Shown in pieces: positions 8,128-11,068 of a DNA stretch of 11,068 nt (the stretch's first letter is position 1; each line of letters opens with the position of its first letter). The DNA is from Azolla caroliniana. Taxonomy: Eukaryota; Plantae; Polypodiophyta. The position numbers and the translations under genes were made by a program. Under the pieces are notes generated by a model. That model was not told the origin of the DNA and did not search any database. It worked only from the letters and a program-made list of their open reading frames with translations. The stretch spans positions 1 through 11,068 of the forward strand of contig JBHGNT010001197.1 of NCBI GenBank assembly GCA_043228905.1, read 5' to 3'.

Positions 8128-11068
8128 ATGTCTAGATCAATGCATGACCTGGTTACAGATCGAACTCGACGCCTTGCCGAAAGGCAAAGGAGACGCGAGG
8201 CTTTCCAGCAAGCGGCGCAGGAAATTAGAGCAGATCACTCGTTTTCCAACGTAATCCGGAGAGTAGCGGAGGACTCCCTCTGGTTACAGCAAACATCGCA
8301 CCCGGACGACGGTAGCAGCCTAAGCAGCCTCCGGGAAACCGAATCCCTTCTCCACGCGTTGGCAAACGGAGAAGGCGAAGCAGAAGCCTTTTCAGCATAT
8401 GAATCGGACTCTGAAGGGGAATACAGCGTGCACACGAACTACCGTAGCAGCAACGAAACCCTGGGCAGACCGGAGGACGAAGGATCGGATACCTTACCAA
8501 CACCGGAACCGGAAGTGCTAATGCTGGAACCCTTGGAACCAGCAGAGGAAGAGTGACCTCCGACACCGGAAGTCGAAGAGGAGAGGCCTCCGTCACCAAA
8601 AGAAGAGGAAAAACCACCGACGTCGGAAACAAATCGGGAAAGACCACCGACGCCGGAGAAAATTCCGGAAGGAGCACCAACACTACCAGCCCGCGCACCG
8701 ATACCGGACGACGACATGCCGTTCCAATACTCCAAGTATAGAGATGATCCGGACGCGGAAGCTCATGTGCACGCCTTCGAACAGACATGGGAAGCCAACC
8801 ATGTGTCCCAGCGATTGACCCCGGATGAAGAAGAACGCTCTAAGATAGCGGAATTTGGTGTCACATTGGAGGGACCGGCAGCAAGATGGCGCCGGACGCA
8901 GGACTCGTCTACCATCAACACCTTTGCAGATTTAAAAGCTAAATTCTTGCATTTTTTCCAAAAGGAGGTGGACCAGACCGTAGTGGTAGGCTTATTTTAT
9001 ACCATCTGACAGGAGGCAAGGGAGAGCATTCCCCAATTTGTCATCCGGTTTCAACGGATGCATAGTCAGCTTGCCCGCGCACCCCCGGAGGAGGAATTAC
9101 GGACTATATTCCTAAACGCGCTCCAGGAACCCCTACGCACGGTTTGCACAGTAATTGACTTCCGCACAAGTACCATCGACCAGGTCATTGACCGGGTGAG
9201 AGAGATGGAAAAGACAAGCTCCTGGCTCACACTGGGAGCACTCCAACGGGCGTTACCGTCCGATGAAGACCTCCGGTTTCGGCAAGCAATACAGTGCACA
9301 ACCTGCTTGAATTCCGGACACTCGGCTCTAGAATGCACTATGAGGACGCAATGTGTAATCTGTCAATCCAAGAGCCATACGACGGATAGGTGCGAGTATA
9401 ATCTGTTGAACCGGCAAGCACCGCCCGTCCGACAAATTGAGCCACGCAGCAGCCAGGATGAAGAAGAGGAACACTAGTGGCGAATGGACCGCGACCGACC
9501 GGCACAGGATGTCCGGTATGGCGATCGACGGGAGAATGATGTCCGGTACGGTGATCGGCGGGATAACTATGACCGGCATGATCGGTACCGGGATTACAAT
9601 AGACGATATGAACATTACGATCGGGAGCACTCCCCCGGGTATCGTCAGCAACGGGAGGAATACGGAAGATATAACGGGCAACCCCGTCAAGAGTACCACA
9701 ATAAGAAGAGCTATAACAAAAAACAACATTTTAAAAAAGGCGGCTACCCACGGGATCCGGAACAAGGAGCTCCAAGCAGCCTACCAGTCCAAAACCCTGC
9801 GCGTACCGCAGGACCTGCCCCGGGTACAACAGACAATGCCGAATCTAGCAATACCCAGAAAGCCTACTGCTACTACTGCCGATAGGAAGGCCATTATAGT
9901 AACCAATGCCCGGTGAAGAGCTATGAAAAACGACCGGCGGTAAATATGGTAGTCCCTGAGGTGGCAGATCTGCAACAGGTGACCACAAGGTCGAAAGGCA
10001 TGGCCAAGGAATGGGAGACGCAGGAGACCATCCGGAAACAAGCAACGAAATGGGTAAAGAAAGCAAACGAGCAGAATGTCACAGACTTACAGCGGCAAAA
10101 GGAGAACACCGTAGGGCTGGCCGGCGGTAGTCACTCCGAGAACGAGACATGGTAGGCGTTGCAAGAATGCCAGATTATGTTGCCACTAGGAAGACTCCTA
10201 CAACTCGTGCCAAGATTCACGGAAGGACTGAAGACGACCATGACGGTAGGAGAACCATCACCGGCACCGGTACTCTTCTCGAATCCGGAGGAGGGACCAA
10301 CGGTGGTGGACACCAGCAGTCCGGTAATCACTGCCATTGTAAAAGGGAAAGAACTCCCCGGCACAGTTATAAACGGAGGCTCTGGGGTGAATGTAATAAG
10401 CCTCCGGACGTGTGATGCCCTAGGAATCCACGAGTGGGAGCCGTGTCCGTTCTGGTTGCGGATGGCCGATACAAGCTCAGTGCGGCCGACAGGATTAATA
10501 CGGAAATTAGAAGTACCGTCGACGGTCATACATTTCACATCTTGGCAGTAGTGCTACAATTACAGGCACAAGGCGCATACCCGCTGTTGCTGGGTCGGCC
10601 ATGGTTGAAAACGGCACATATCAAACAGAATTGGAGGAAAAATATAATTACCTTTTGGCGAGGAAAAGCCAAGGTACGGGTACCAACACAGCCAAGGACG
10701 AGCACTGGCAAGGAATGTACACCGTTGTATGCGGAATGCGTCAACATGCTAGAAGGATTAGCTAACGAAGAAGAAGCTCAGTACTTGTAGGAAAACCCGA
10801 AGATCATACCCCTCTTCGAAATTGACATTGCCGAAGCAGTAGCACCATACTTATCGCAACCGGAAGAGGCTGAAGCAGAACTGGATAAAGACGCAATCCG
10901 GGAGTTACAGCAAGCGCAAGAAGCGTTGGAATGGGAAATGGCCGTTTCACAACGCGTAAAAGCGTCGCAATTGGAAGAGGTGAACCTAGGGACCACGGAC
11001 GAAGCAAAACCGGTGCACATCGCCAAGGAGATGAAGTCCGAAGACAAAACGGCGATGATCACACTTCT
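8128..11068 (+). pseudogene. gag-pol: Disrupted gag-pol polyprotein (Gag with 3 zinc knuckles, aspartic protease, pre-RT linker)
   Basis: ORF-track pieces 8041, 8716, 9058, 9484, 9913 and 10159 share one frame, separated by single stops (8554, 9007, 9475, 9883, 10153). A 1-nt deletion at ~10514 moves the protein to the 10434 frame, with a further stop at 10788. Motifs: capsid-like F..TLEGPAARW; CX2CX4HX4C at 9295-9336, 9352-9393 and 9868-9909; VTTRSK; protease VINGGSGVNVI..YPLLLGRPWL. Confidence 0.9.

Larger units (their letters stand above)
7640..11068 (+). mobile_element. Ty3/Gypsy LTR retrotransposon, probably Tat lineage; 5' part, cut off by window end; inactive
   Basis: TG..CA-bounded LTR, PBS, then gag, CCHC knuckles, protease and pre-RT linker (EEVNLGT..PVHIAKEM) with no integrase after the protease (Gypsy order). 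Composition shifts abruptly to GC- and CCGG-rich at 7640. Confidence 0.92.

Noticed and set aside
8554-10790. U-to-C RNA editing or readthrough rescuing the six stops to give a functional polyprotein
   Set aside because: U-to-C editing in ferns and hornworts is organellar, while this DNA is nuclear (spliceosomal introns next door). The frameshift and the D->N active-site change would remain. Deamination is the simpler explanation.
8225-11062. Antisense and alternate-frame ORFs over the retroelement (e.g. 8225-8788, 9328-9765, 9437-9916, 10778-11062)
   Set aside because: Shadows of a GC-rich, low-complexity coding frame, with no independent motifs.

Overview
Eukaryotic, almost certainly non-flowering land-plant nuclear DNA in three parts. 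(1) 1-3260: AT-rich non-coding DNA with several short tandem duplications, a 28-unit heptamer array and a (TG)14 microsatellite. (2) 3264-~7256, minus strand: the 3' nine exons of an intron-containing flavodiiron protein gene of the Flv1/FLVA type (end of the beta-lactamase-like domain, flavodoxin domain, flavin-reductase domain). I spliced it by hand; the ORF track shows only fragments of it. Every splice site I could place is intact, but it carries stops, frameshifts and an exonic duplication, so it is a pseudogene. (3) 7640-11068, plus strand: the 5' part of a Ty3/Gypsy LTR retrotransposon, probably Tat lineage, with 5' LTR, PBS and a gag-protease-pre-RT reading frame that runs off the window. 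That frame is broken by six stops, each one C->T change away from CGA or CAG, plus one frameshift. Its Gag is unusual, with three CCHC knuckles and a long acidic/proline-rich N-terminal extension. I see no prokaryotic system, CRISPR array or RNA gene. All family assignments come from motif recognition, not database searches.
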